From an uncultured Chthonomonadaceae bacterium (GTDB taxonomy: Bacteria; Armatimonadota; Chthonomonadetes; Chthonomonadales; Chthonomonadaceae): DNA of 64,000 nt. Location of the stretch: the NCBI GenBank assembly GCA_963817895.1, contig CAWFQB010000002.1, positions 1 through 64,000 on the forward strand, written 5' to 3'. Under the pieces are notes generated by a model, which made no database searches, was not told where the DNA came from, and saw only the letters and a program-made list of their open reading frames with translations. Below are positions 1 to 9,853 of the stretch, one piece after another. The translations under genes and the position numbers were made by a program. The first letter of the stretch is position 1. Each line of letters opens with the position of its first letter.

Positions 1-2
1 TC

Positions 3-488
3 GAGTCGGTTGACATGGCGGAGATGCGCGCGTTCTACGATGTGTTCTGGGAAACCAGCCTGCGCGGGCGGTTCTTTGCCGAACCCTACGGCTTTTTCCT
101 CAATCTCGGCGCGGCGCTGTTTCCCGCCAATCGCGCGTTTTTGTTTTTCGCGCGTTGGCAGGGCGAAATTCTGGCGGCTATCCTCGTCGTATTTTTCGGG
201 CGGCGGGCAACGTACCTGTACGGCGGCTCTTCCACGCGCCACCGCAACTTCATGCCGAACTACGCCCTGCACCACGCGGCGATGCAGGCGGCAAGGCAAC
301 GCGGCTGCGCGGAATACGACTGGTACGGCTATGACCCGTTCGGCCAGCCCGGACATCTGTTCGCGGGCATTTCGCGCTTCAAAACCCAATGGGGCGCGCG
401 GCGCGTAGACGGCATGGGCGCACACGACCTGATTTTCTACGACGAACTCGCCGACCGCGTAATCGAACGCCTGAATACCTTTTCCTAA
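3..488 (+). CDS. FemAB/FemX-family peptidoglycan bridge aminoacyltransferase (GNAT fold), 5'-truncated by the window edge
   Basis: ATYLYGGSS...MPNYALH...A..RGC.EYDWYG and GISRFK.QWG motifs typical of the FemABX C-terminus; the frame is open from the window start. Confidence 0.8.
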   Translation, partial: ESVDMAEMRAFYDVFWETSLRGRFFAEPYGFFLNLGAALFPANRAFLFFARWQGEILAAILVVFFGRRATYLYGGSSTRHRNFMPNYALHHAAMQAARQRGCAEYDWYGYDPFGQPGHLFAGISRFKTQWGARRVDGMGAHDLIFYDELADRVIERLNTFS

Positions 489-650
489 ACACAAATTACC
501 TTGGGTACAAAATATTATTAGCGTATTCCTTACTAATGCAGGATTTATCCTGCAACGCCGATAACTATCCCCTGTGTGCCACAATAGGTTGAGACAAAAT
601 CCCGTACACGAAATAGTGTAGATCGCCAGGGCGGAGAATGGATTTCTCAG

Positions 651-1097
651 ATGAATACGCCGTTGACAGACAGCCCAACCACTCGCCTCACCAACAATGG
701 ACACCACAGCGCGCCCTCCCCCGCGCTGCGCCCGGAGGCGCAGGTGCAAACGCGCCCCCCGCGCCGCCGCTTTACCGCTGCGTACAAGCTGCGCATCCTT
801 AAAGAAGCCGACGCCTGCGTCAAGCCGGGAGAGTTGGGGGCGCTGCTTCGCCGCGAAGGGCTGTACTCCTCCACGCTTGCCAACTTCCGCAAACTGCGCG
901 AGGCGGGTCAGTTGGGCAAGAAGAACTCTGCCCAGGCGCAGAAGCAGCGCAAAGACAAAGAAGCCGCCCGCCAACGCGATGCCCGCAGGATGGCCGCTCT
1001 GGAAACCGAGAACCAGAAACTGCGCGTTCTGCTGGAACTCCAAAAAAAAGTAGCGGCCTTGCTCGACCTGACACTGGAAGAAACCGCCTCCGAATAA
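651..1097 (+). CDS. IS3-family transposase OrfA (HTH)
   Basis: RRRFTAAYKLRILKEADAC...GALLRREGLYSS, then a coiled coil and ELQKK over an A8 run. Confidence 0.85.
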   Translation: MNTPLTDSPTTRLTNNGHHSAPSPALRPEAQVQTRPPRRRFTAAYKLRILKEADACVKPGELGALLRREGLYSSTLANFRKLREAGQLGKKNSAQAQKQRKDKEAARQRDARRMAALETENQKLRVLLELQKKVAALLDLTLEETASE

Positions 1098-1099
1098 GC

Positions 1100-2123
1100 C
1101 TGGTTGCCGAAGCGGGCGCAACGACCGGGATTGGCCGCGCCTGTGATGCGGTGCAACTGAGCCGCGCCCGCTTCTACCGGGAGCAACACGCTGGTACGGG
1201 CACAATCCAAGAAGGCGTCCTGTTCCCAAAGCAGAACGGGGTTCTCCTCGCCGCTTGTCGGAAGAGGAACGCGCCCTGTTGCTCAATCTACTCTTGTCGG
1301 AACGCTTTGTAGACGCTTCGCCCCGGCAGGTGTATGCGCAATTGCTGCAAGAAGGCGTGTATCACGCTTCCTATCGCACGGTGTATCGCCTGCTGCACGA
1401 ACACCAAGCCATCTGTGAGCGTCGGCGGGTTCGCAGGCATCCGGCGTATAGCAAACCTGAACTTAAGGCAACCGGCCTTAATCAGGTGTGGACATGGGAC
1501 ATCACCTACTTGAAGACGCCCATTCGGGGTCGCTTCTATTACTTATATGTGGTTATGGACATCTACAGTCGTTATGTGGTCGGCTGGATGCTCGCAGACC
1601 GGGAGTGTCAATACCTGGCGCACAAGCTGCTGCAAGAAACCTGTCGTAAATACAACATCGCGCCTAACCAACTCACCCTCCATGCGGATCGCGGCGGGCC
1701 ATTAAAAGCCAGTCGGTAGCGCAGCTCTTACTTTCGTTGCAGGTGACCCGTTCGCACAGCCGCCCGCGTGTCAGCAACGACAACCCGTACTCGGAAGCCG
1801 GGTTCAAAACGATGAAGTACAGCGCCTACTTCCCGGAGCGCTTTAGCAGCCAGGAAGACGCGCAGACGTTCTGCCAGGACTACTTTGTCGGGTACAATAC
1901 GTGCCACCACCATACCGGCTTGGTGTTGCTTACGCCCGAACAGGTGCATTTCGGCGAAGCAACGCAGGTATTGGCGCAGCGGCAAGTCACGTTAGATAAC
2001 GCCTATGCCGCGCATCCGCAACGCTTTCGAGAGCGTCCGCAGGCGGGGCAGTTACCCAACGTCGTCTGGATCAATGCGCCTGCGTTGCCCGTTGGCGAAG
2101 GCACAGCACCGGTTGCCGGTTGA
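1100..2123 (+). CDS. IS3-family transposase OrfB (rve integrase core), split by frameshifts
   Basis: DDE motifs WTWDITYL, LHADRG, DNPYSEAGFK spread over ORFs 1255-1719 and 1737-2123; start approximate. Confidence 0.85.
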
Positions 2124-2393
2124 GTGGCGAGGAATGACTGCTCGCTACATAAAAATACTTTCGCTTTTTGTCTCAAAATCCTTGACACATTCCGATCTGT
2201 ATACAAGTAGCAGGATAGAGGTGATCTTCAAGCAGATCCAAGAGTAGATTGGGGACAAATCAGTAGATATTAGATTAGGATAGGAGGCCTTGCTGTTCCT
2301 ACAATCCAACTTTCATGTGGTTTGTTCAATATCGCTCCCACCTTTCCTATCTCCAGTATTTGTATATAGTGTAGGACACATAAGGAGATCAAC

Positions 2394-3131
2394 ATGAACA
2401 CGATAGTAGCAGAAGATGAAGGATTTGCAAAGGGTATCCGCCTCATTGCTCAGTGTCTGTCACAAGGTTGCTTACGACTACGATTTGCTGGGATACATGA
2501 GGCTCCTCAACTTGAAATAACAAGCAAAACATTATTAGAGGAAGCAAAGAAATCATTTGGTGTTTCAGATGAAGCCTTTATCAGTATTCATCATGAACTG
2601 CCTGACATGATTGGAGCCGTTCTTACCAATACGCAAACTCCGTACATCAGTATGCGCACTTCTGTTAACATTCGTCGCCTGACTCAGCAGGCTGGCAAGT
2701 CAGTGACAGATGAAGAAGCAGAACAAAAAACAACGGTGGAAACTCTTAGAAAACGTTTGCAGCTTGTGCGTGAGGAGTTAATCACCCCGCGCATTACTGA
2801 AAGGTTTGTACTCCGAAAAACGTCAGCTAATCCTCTGCTTCTCCAGTGCTCTGGAGAAGTTGCAAAGCAAGTCTACTCCACAGTGACAAACGCAGGTGTA
2901 GGCTATTATGCAACACTTGTGGTATTTACCGAAGGAGTTGATGTTGCCGAGAACACGCCAGTATTCTTCTCATCTATTGGCTTCCCTTTTGGAGATCGTA
3001 AGCGTCAAGATCAAATTACTCTGGCATGCGACGAAAGCGATCTGGATGCGTTGATTGATGTGTTACTCAACTTACGAGATAGGTTGAAAGAACAAGTAAA
3101 ACTGGAGACACAGCAGAATGACTCAAACTGA
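2394..3131 (+). CDS. Hypothetical protein (245 aa), gene 1 of AT-rich cassette; C-terminus possibly COMM-domain-like
   Basis: Strong RBS TAAGGAG before ATG; long ORF in AT-rich DNA; overlaps the next start. Confidence 0.75.
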   Translation: MNTIVAEDEGFAKGIRLIAQCLSQGCLRLRFAGIHEAPQLEITSKTLLEEAKKSFGVSDEAFISIHHELPDMIGAVLTNTQTPYISMRTSVNIRRLTQQAGKSVTDEEAEQKTTVETLRKRLQLVREELITPRITERFVLRKTSANPLLLQCSGEVAKQVYSTVTNAGVGYYATLVVFTEGVDVAENTPVFFSSIGFPFGDRKRQDQITLACDESDLDALIDVLLNLRDRLKEQVKLETQQNDSN

Positions 3132-3799
3132 GATAGATGAGCAAGCCGCGAAACTACTCGCTCCGTTTCCTGGTACATATTCTCAGGTCTGGAACGAACT
3201 GGATATTGAAAAGAGGTTGGCGGCGTTGGGGCTACCTCCTACTGAGCTTATCCATTATCTTAACTCCTGTTTGGGCAGATCAGCCCCTTTCGCATTAGAA
3301 GAAGCGGATACAACGGCATTTTCACTATTTGGTGACTACATCAATAACCGGATTGACAGTACAAACCAACATACATTTATAAGTGGAGCAAACGTAACGG
3401 CTCCCCCGATTGAAGATGTAAGAAACACTGTTGCACGTCATGCCACTCGCCTTAGTAAGCAATTTGGGGACCTAACGGCCCGTTTACCCGAAAGCATCTT
3501 GCTAAAGGAAGCCTTACGCCGACTTGAGCATGAGGCTGCACGTTACGACTACGAACCACTCAGTCGAATAGCGGCTATACTTCATAACGTTCTTGCGCTA
3601 CAATGCTATAGAAGCGTTTGATGATGTCATGCTACAAGGTTTTCTCGCAGCCCTGCAACAAGCTACTAACGGGCGCGCAGATCGAGTTGATCCTTTCGCA
3701 TGTGAATTGGCACTTTACAAAACCGGTCTTGACTGGCTGCCGCCAGTTCCATACTGGGATGAAGACGAAACCGCGGAGGATGATAGTGACGAGGAGTAA
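3118..3799 (+). CDS. Hypothetical protein (about 226 aa after one frameshift near 3592) with acidic tail, gene 2 of cassette
   Basis: ORFs 3118-3621 and 3593-3799 join as ...ILHNVL-RYNAIEAF...; ends WDEDETAEDDSDEE. Confidence 0.65.
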
Positions 3800-4245
3800 A
3801 TTGGATGTCGGATGCTGCCAAGAGCCTTTTTGTAGAGACGACAATTCATATCTGGCGTCATACTGCAACAGATGCTGCTAAACGCCGCATTGAGGGCAGC
3901 ATCAAATCTACACAATGTGTCACTTCAACTTATGTGGAAGCAGAATACATTAATACTTATTTGCGAGCGGCAGTACAAGCCTACAACTGTATTGTCGCAT
4001 CGGAAAACTTTGAAGATGCACTTGGACGTTGGGAAACCTATTACGCGAGCCAGTACAAACTTGGTGTTCGTTTCCTCATCAACGCTATTTTCAGGAACAA
4101 CAATGAGAAAGCCGACTCTCTCCGCCGTCTACGAGAGTTGATTGAACAACGCTTGATGTTGCCGTTTGATTCCCGCGCCCAAATATTTGATGTTATAGAC
4201 CCTACTCAATGTGCCGCTGCTCATGTACGCCCACATCTAATTACA

Positions 4246-5391
4246 AACTCACCTTACGCAGGCGAGCAGTTTGTAGTCACAGATTTGCTGTTGTTGACGG
4301 TAGAATAGTGTCATGGACAAACAACTTCTGGACCTTTACTCAGACTATCTCCTTTGTTCGTTCGGCCTGACTACCGCGACGGGCCTTTCCACCCTGCTCG
4401 ACGGCGCGATTAGCCACGACAAGATCACGCGGTTCTTGTCAGGACGTGACTTCACTTCTTCGGACCTGTGGCATCTGGTCAAACCCTTGGTACGGCAGGT
4501 ACAATGTGAAGACGCAGTTCTGGTCTTCGATGACAGCATCGAAGAAAAACTCTATACGGATGAAAGCGAACTCATTTGCTGGCATTGGGATCATTGCTTC
4601 AACCGCAACGTGAAGGGCATCAACATTCTGACCTGTTTGTATCGCGCGCCCACTGCCGCTCTGCCCGTTGCCTTCGAGTTGATCCAAAAGTCGGCTTGGG
4701 AAACGCATAAGAAGACGGGCAAACCCAAGCGAGTGTGTCCCAAGACCAAGAACGAATACCTGCGCGAGATGGTGGCGCAATGTCAGAAGAACCAATTGCC
4801 TTTTCGCTATGTCCTGGCCGACGCTTGGTTCAGCGCGGCAGAAACGATGATGCACCTCAAAAACGAAGGCAAAACCGACTTTATCTTCCCGATTAAGGCC
4901 AACCGCAAGGTGGCTTTGTCCCAGGAAGACAAGTTGGCAGGCCGCTATATGCCCGTATCCTCGCTTTGCTGCGAAGCGGACGCCGTATTGAACATCTGGC
5001 TGGAGGGGGTAGACTTCCCCCTTCTGCTGTGTAAGCAGGTCTTTACAAACAAGGACGGCAGCCAGGGCGTTCTCTATCTCGTGACGAGTGACACGACGTT
5101 AAGCGGTTGCGACATCCAGACGATCTACCAAAAACGGTGGAAAGTGGAAGAGTATCACAAATCGGTCAAGAGCAATGCGAGTTTCGCCAAGTCGCCGACC
5201 AAAACTATTCGGACCCAGAGCAACCATATCTTCGCCTGTTTATGGGCGTATGTGAAGTTGGAAAGTCTGCGTTTGCAGACGCGCTTGAACCATTTTGCGA
5301 TGAAAGGCAGGCTCTACAAAGCGGCCCTTGCCAGCGCCTACCGCGAACTACAACTGCTCAAAGGCATGAGTGCGCCTGCGTAAGGTGAGTT
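4246..5391 (+). mobile_element. IS701-like insertion sequence
   Basis: Perfect 19-bp terminal inverted repeats AACTCACCTTACGCAGGCG (4246-4264 and 5373-5391); no target duplication seen. Confidence 0.9.
4313..5383 (+). CDS. IS701-family DDE transposase, intact
   Basis: SHDKITRFL, VLVFDDSIEEK, VLADAWF, YQKRWKVEEYHKSVK motifs. Confidence 0.9.
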   Translation: MDKQLLDLYSDYLLCSFGLTTATGLSTLLDGAISHDKITRFLSGRDFTSSDLWHLVKPLVRQVQCEDAVLVFDDSIEEKLYTDESELICWHWDHCFNRNVKGINILTCLYRAPTAALPVAFELIQKSAWETHKKTGKPKRVCPKTKNEYLREMVAQCQKNQLPFRYVLADAWFSAAETMMHLKNEGKTDFIFPIKANRKVALSQEDKLAGRYMPVSSLCCEADAVLNIWLEGVDFPLLLCKQVFTNKDGSQGVLYLVTSDTTLSGCDIQTIYQKRWKVEEYHKSVKSNASFAKSPTKTIRTQSNHIFACLWAYVKLESLRLQTRLNHFAMKGRLYKAALASAYRELQLLKGMSAPA

Positions 5392-5747
5392 GGTAAGGTC
5401 TACATACTAACATTAGAATTTCCATCTGCTGATGCACCACCAGGACTAAAACTCTTTCTAGCTAGGAAACATATTCTGCTAAGTCAAGTTGAGGCTGCAA
5501 TCACTTCAAATGATAAACATTGGCGCATGGTACGAAGCGGCTTACAAATGTTACTGCGGGGTGAATACAACCTCGGATTGCGCAAATGGCAGAAGATAGC
5601 CGACATTGTCATCGCTCTTGAGGCGCAACAAGCCGATTGTGAACTCTACAGCGGCAACAGGCAACACTTCGAGTTGGTATGCCGTGCAATGCAGATGCCT
5701 TTCAAACCTGAAAGCCGCGAATGATGCTGTGGTGAGGAACACTAATT

Positions 5748-6555
5748 ATGACAATTGCTTCCATTGCTTCTATTCCAATCGTTCAATTCGAGCGCGAGGG
5801 GTATGTCCTGTTTCCGCATGTTCTGGATGGGGATTTGATTGCCGAAGCCGGAGAGCATGTGGAGTGGCTTCAGCAGACAGCATCCCGACCTGCGCCCGGA
5901 ACAACTCGGACACACGCTGATGACCGATGATCCGTTCTGGGTGCGATTGGTCAGCGACGACCGATTGCTCGACATCGCGCAGCAGTTCATCGGACCGAAC
6001 ATCGCCCTGTTCGCCTCGCACTACATCAGCAAGCCGCCGTTCGACGGTCAGCCCGTGCTGTGGCATCAGGACGGCAGTTACTGGCCGCTCGATCCGATGG
6101 AGGTGGTGACATTGTGGCTGGCCGTAGACGACTCCACGCCCGAAAACGGCTGTATGCGGGTGATACCGCGCACACAAACGATGGATTTGCAGGAGATGAA
6201 GAAGCGAACGGACGTGCAAAGCGTGTTGAGTTCCGGCATGGACGATGAATTCGTAGACGAGTCGCAGGCGGTTGATTGCGTCCTGCCCAAAGGCGGCGTG
6301 TCCGTGCATCATCCCAATCTCATTCACGGCTCCAACGCCAACCACTCTCCCCATCGTCGCTGCGGCCTGACCATCCGCTATATTCCCACGAGTACCCACA
6401 TCCTGATGCGCGGCCCGCTCACGCCCGAAGGCCGCTGGCCGAGCGCGTTCCTGCTGCGCGGCGAAGCCGTCGAGGGCATCAACGACTACAACCCCTATCC
6501 GCGCTATGTAGAGGGCAAGCATAAGCCGTTCAAAGGTTGCGAGGATTGGAAGTAG
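5748..6555 (+). CDS. Phytanoyl-CoA dioxygenase (PhyH) family protein, frameshift near 5878
   Basis: FEREGYV N-terminus, WHQD, ENGCMRVIP, HGS.AN.S..RR motifs. Confidence 0.88.
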
Positions 6556-6567
6556 GTCTCACCCGGC

Positions 6568-7611
6568 TTATAAAAAGCCGGTTACACTGGCCTCTTGCAG
6601 CAGATTGGCATATTTAGGATAACGTTGCAGAATGGTTTTTACCTGCGCGACGCGGGGTTCCAGATCGCCGCGCAGCATAAAGAAGGGGATTTTGCGGACA
6701 AGTAAATCCGCTATAATCTGCTTTTGAAACACGCGGCGGTTGGTGTCGCCGGAACGATCCCAGGTGTCGTCGTAGGGTATATCATCCGCGCAGACAAATA
6801 CCAGATCGTAGCGGGACGCGCACTGGTTCGCCAGTTGTTCCAAACGGGAATGAGCCGCGCCGTGATAGTATAAGGAAAACAGGCGCGTGGTCAGGGCATT
6901 GGTGTCCGTGAACAGTGTGCCGTTCGCCTGTGTCAGTAAAGCCTCTTCGCGTTCCAGATGGCCTTCGGCAAGTTCCGCTAACTGTTCCAAAGTCAGGCGG
7001 CGTTCGCTCTGATGCGCGTCCCAATACTCGCGCCCGTATTCCGGCATCCAGACCGTGTTCATCTCCTGCGCCATGCGTTCGGTTAGCGTGGATTTTCCGG
7101 TTGAGGGCGCGCCCAAAAACACGACATTTGAGATGAGATCGCGGTAGACAAGTGGATGCAGATACGAGCGGTTGGTATAGGGATTGGCGCGAATGGCCGT
7201 GCCGGAAACGGGGAATCTGGCGCGGTCACAATCCACCAGACGGTTTTCGCACCCAAACGCCTGACTGATGTGTTCGCCGTAAAACTCGCTGCTGTAAAAG
7301 TGGGTGATGCGCTGCCCGCCAGTCCGCTCCGGCTTGAGCAGAGCCAACAGGTAGGTTTCGTGCATCCGCTTGATTTCGAGCGTGTTACCGACCTCATTGG
7401 AGCCGTCCCACGCTTCCACAATATGAGCGCGGGGATACAAACGGCGCAGCCAGTCGGCGCGAACGGGAAGCGGAACCGGCGTGATTTCGGGGCAGTCGTA
7501 GATGACAATGTACAGTTCATCCATCTCCGCCAGCGCGGTTTCAATGACAAACTGATGCCCCCGATGCAGGGGCGCGTATTTTCCTAATGTAAGTCCGATT
7601 TTGGGCGTCAT
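6568..7611 (-). CDS. NadR-like bifunctional nucleotidyltransferase / ribosylnicotinamide kinase without HTH
   Basis: GKYAPLHRGH (HxGH), P-loop GAPSTGKST, EYGREY, FTDT motifs. Confidence 0.85.
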   Translation of the reverse strand: MTPKIGLTLGKYAPLHRGHQFVIETALAEMDELYIVIYDCPEITPVPLPVRADWLRRLYPRAHIVEAWDGSNEVGNTLEIKRMHETYLLALLKPERTGGQRITHFYSSEFYGEHISQAFGCENRLVDCDRARFPVSGTAIRANPYTNRSYLHPLVYRDLISNVVFLGAPSTGKSTLTERMAQEMNTVWMPEYGREYWDAHQSERRLTLEQLAELAEGHLEREEALLTQANGTLFTDTNALTTRLFSLYYHGAAHSRLEQLANQCASRYDLVFVCADDIPYDDTWDRSGDTNRRVFQKQIIADLLVRKIPFFMLRGDLEPRVAQVKTILQRYPKYANLLQEASVTGFL

Positions 7612-7640
7612 AGGTTTCACAACCACAAAGCGGGCGCGGA

Positions 7641-8132
7641 TTACGAAGCGTAGCGAACAATGGGGGCGGGGAAATATGGATGCGCCGTCAGTTGCAGATG
7701 ATGCGTGGCGTTTTCAATGCGCGGCTCGGTTTGAAATCCAAGCCCTTCGTACAGGGCTGCCGCTTCGGGTGTTTCCGCTCGCAACGTGAGCAGTTTGTAA
7801 TGCGGACGCGCCTCATGGATAATCGCTTCCATCAGCATTTTGCCCACGCCCTGCCGCCGATACTCTGACAGAATATACACGCGCCGCGCCCGTCCAACCT
7901 GCGGGTCGAACAAAAACGGGTCGCGATTTAAACCCCCAATGCCGATCAGCGTTTCCCCGTCATACGCGCCGAACAAGCCTTCCCCCGGCAGATCGAAACG
8001 ATTACTTCCATTCTCATACTCCTCTACGAGGGTATCCAGAAACCGAAAGCCCTGCTCCTCACTCTCCCGAACAAGCCGCGTTACTTCCTCAATGTTCAGC
8101 GAGTGGATACGCTTTATCTGAATGTTTTGCAT
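7641..8132 (-). CDS. GNAT family N-acetyltransferase
   Basis: YRRQGVGKML motif A and ALYEGLGF. Confidence 0.88.
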   Translation of the reverse strand: MQNIQIKRIHSLNIEEVTRLVRESEEQGFRFLDTLVEEYENGSNRFDLPGEGLFGAYDGETLIGIGGLNRDPFLFDPQVGRARRVYILSEYRRQGVGKMLMEAIIHEARPHYKLLTLRAETPEAAALYEGLGFQTEPRIENATHHLQLTAHPYFPAPIVRYAS

Positions 8133-8150
8133 GATGGGAACTTGATTTCT

Positions 8151-8300
8151 TGTCTTGAACCGTGATCAGGCATGATTTAGATGATTATCATGATTGAGAA
8201 AACATATCACGAACCCGTTCTCCTGATTAGGAACATCGCGCGTAAAACAGCGCATCATCATGGTAATCACCAAAATCATGCCTGATCATGGTTCAAGACA
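8151..8300. repeat. 150-bp palindromic MITE/REP-like element, copy 1
   Basis: Arms TGTCTTGAACCGTGATCAGGCATGATTT / AAAATCATGCCTGATCATGGTTCAAGACA; second copy at 47810-47960. Confidence 0.85.
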
Positions 8301-9309
8301 ACACATTCAACTGTCGGACGGCTTCGGCAATGACTTGCCTCTCTACATCGGCGAGGGGCGGGTCGAGGGAACAGCCTGCCGCCAGTTTATGCCCGCCGCC
8401 GCCGAACACGTTGGCAATTTTGTTGACGTTCGCGCCTTCACGCGCCCGCAGGCTGATACGGACTTTCTTACCCGGCACTTCCCGAAACAGAATACCGATT
8501 TCCGCGCCCTGCACCGCCCGGACGTGCGACACGATTCCCTCCGTGTCCGCGTCCTCGCCGTTCGTGTCGGCAAAATCCTGAGCTGTTACACGCGCCCATG
8601 CAACTCGTCCGTCCGGCGTGGTTTGCAGTGAATCGAGGGCGCGTCCGAGCATTTTGAGACTGGCGAAACTGCGGTTTTCAAACACGAGTTCGGAGATCAC
8701 GGCGGGCTGCGCTCCCAATCGCTGCAACTGCGCCGACAGTTCCAGCGTGTCCGGCGTGGAATTGGGATAGCGGTACGAACCCGTATCCGTGATAATGCCT
8801 GTCAGCAGGCAGTCGGCCACGTTTTTGGTCGCGAGTGGTTGAGGGGCAGTCGTCTGCAAGCCTTCCAGCAGCAGCCAGATTAGTTCCGCCGTTGCTGAAG
8901 CCCGCGCGTCCAGAATCTGAATCGCGCCGAACGGCCCGTCCGCGACGTGATGGTCAATGTCCATAACGAGCGGCGTCGCTTCCACAACCAGCCGAACTGA
9001 CTTACCGACGCGCTCAATGGCTCCGGCATCGCACACAATCGCCAGATCGAAGTCGCGCCGCACCGTCTGCGTCACAACCCGTTCGGCTCCAGGCAGCCAG
9101 CGGTAAATGTCCGGCACGCCGTCCGCCATCAGCGGCGTCACGTCTTTGCCCAACGCGTCCAGAATATGCGTCACGGCCAGAACCGAGCCGAGCGCGTCGC
9201 CATCCGGGTTGACATGACTGGTAACGACAATGCGTTGCGCCTTGCTGATAGCGCTTACAGCCTCCTGAACGCCCTGACGAACCGCCTGCTTTATGGACGC
9301 CAATATCAC
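8293..9309 (-). CDS. nrnA: DHH/DHHA1 oligoribonuclease / pAp phosphatase
   Basis: HVNPDGDALGS, DIDHH, DTGSYRY, FGGGGH motifs; position after rbfA. Confidence 0.9.
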   Translation of the reverse strand: MILASIKQAVRQGVQEAVSAISKAQRIVVTSHVNPDGDALGSVLAVTHILDALGKDVTPLMADGVPDIYRWLPGAERVVTQTVRRDFDLAIVCDAGAIERVGKSVRLVVEATPLVMDIDHHVADGPFGAIQILDARASATAELIWLLLEGLQTTAPQPLATKNVADCLLTGIITDTGSYRYPNSTPDTLELSAQLQRLGAQPAVISELVFENRSFASLKMLGRALDSLQTTPDGRVAWARVTAQDFADTNGEDADTEGIVSHVRAVQGAEIGILFREVPGKKVRISLRAREGANVNKIANVFGGGGHKLAAGCSLDPPLADVERQVIAEAVRQLNVLS

Positions 9310-9370
9310 TTATTCCACTCCATCTTTCACTTCTGCCGTTGTCTTCTCCTCAGCCGCTACAGGCGCGTCT

Positions 9371-9726
9371 TCAGATTCTGGGCTTGAGATCATCCTCTAC
9401 CGAATGAAGCAGTTCAAAGATACGCGCCCCGCGCTCAATGCCGTAATCGTAGAGAAATTCCAGTTCCGGCGCGATACGCAAATGCGCCCGCCGCGCGAAC
9501 TCGCCCCGCAACATCCCCGACGCCCGGTTCAGCGCAATCAAACTCTGCTTGCGCGATTCCTCATCCCCCAACACGCTGATATACACTTTGGCATGGCGCA
9601 GGTCCGCGAAATCTCCGCGCCCGTCAGCGTGATAAATCCCAAACGCGGATCGCTCAAATCGCGCCGGATAATCTCGCTGATCTCCTGCACCAACTGCTCC
9701 TGCACTTTTTCCTGTCGCACACTCAT
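9371..9726 (-). CDS. rbfA: Ribosome-binding factor A, frameshift near 9605
   Basis: SDPRLGFITLT, then AKVYIS and LRIAPELEFLYD; operon context. Confidence 0.92.
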
Positions 9727-9853
9727 GACGGTTGTTCCAATCTGGGGAAGGTTTCAGGTGTCAGGTGTCAGGTGTCATGGAAATGCTCTTTTCCTCACTT
9801 TTACTCTATGCAGAGTAAGCCAGAGTGAGACACAAATCCCTGACCCCTGACCC

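Larger units (their letters stand above)
575..2194 (+). mobile_element. IS3-family insertion sequence
   Basis: Imperfect terminal inverted repeats (TGTGCCACAATAGGTTGAGACAAAA at 575; TTTTGTCTCAAAATCCTTGACACA ending 2189) enclose OrfA and OrfB; exact ends uncertain by a few bp. Confidence 0.85.
3805..5724 (+). pseudogene. PIN-like nuclease gene (257 aa reconstructed) interrupted by IS701-like element
   Basis: N-part LFVETTI and TSTYVEAEY, C-part IADIVIALEA and LYSGNRQHF; removing 4246-5391 joins the halves in frame (PHLIT/GKVYIL). Confidence 0.75.
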
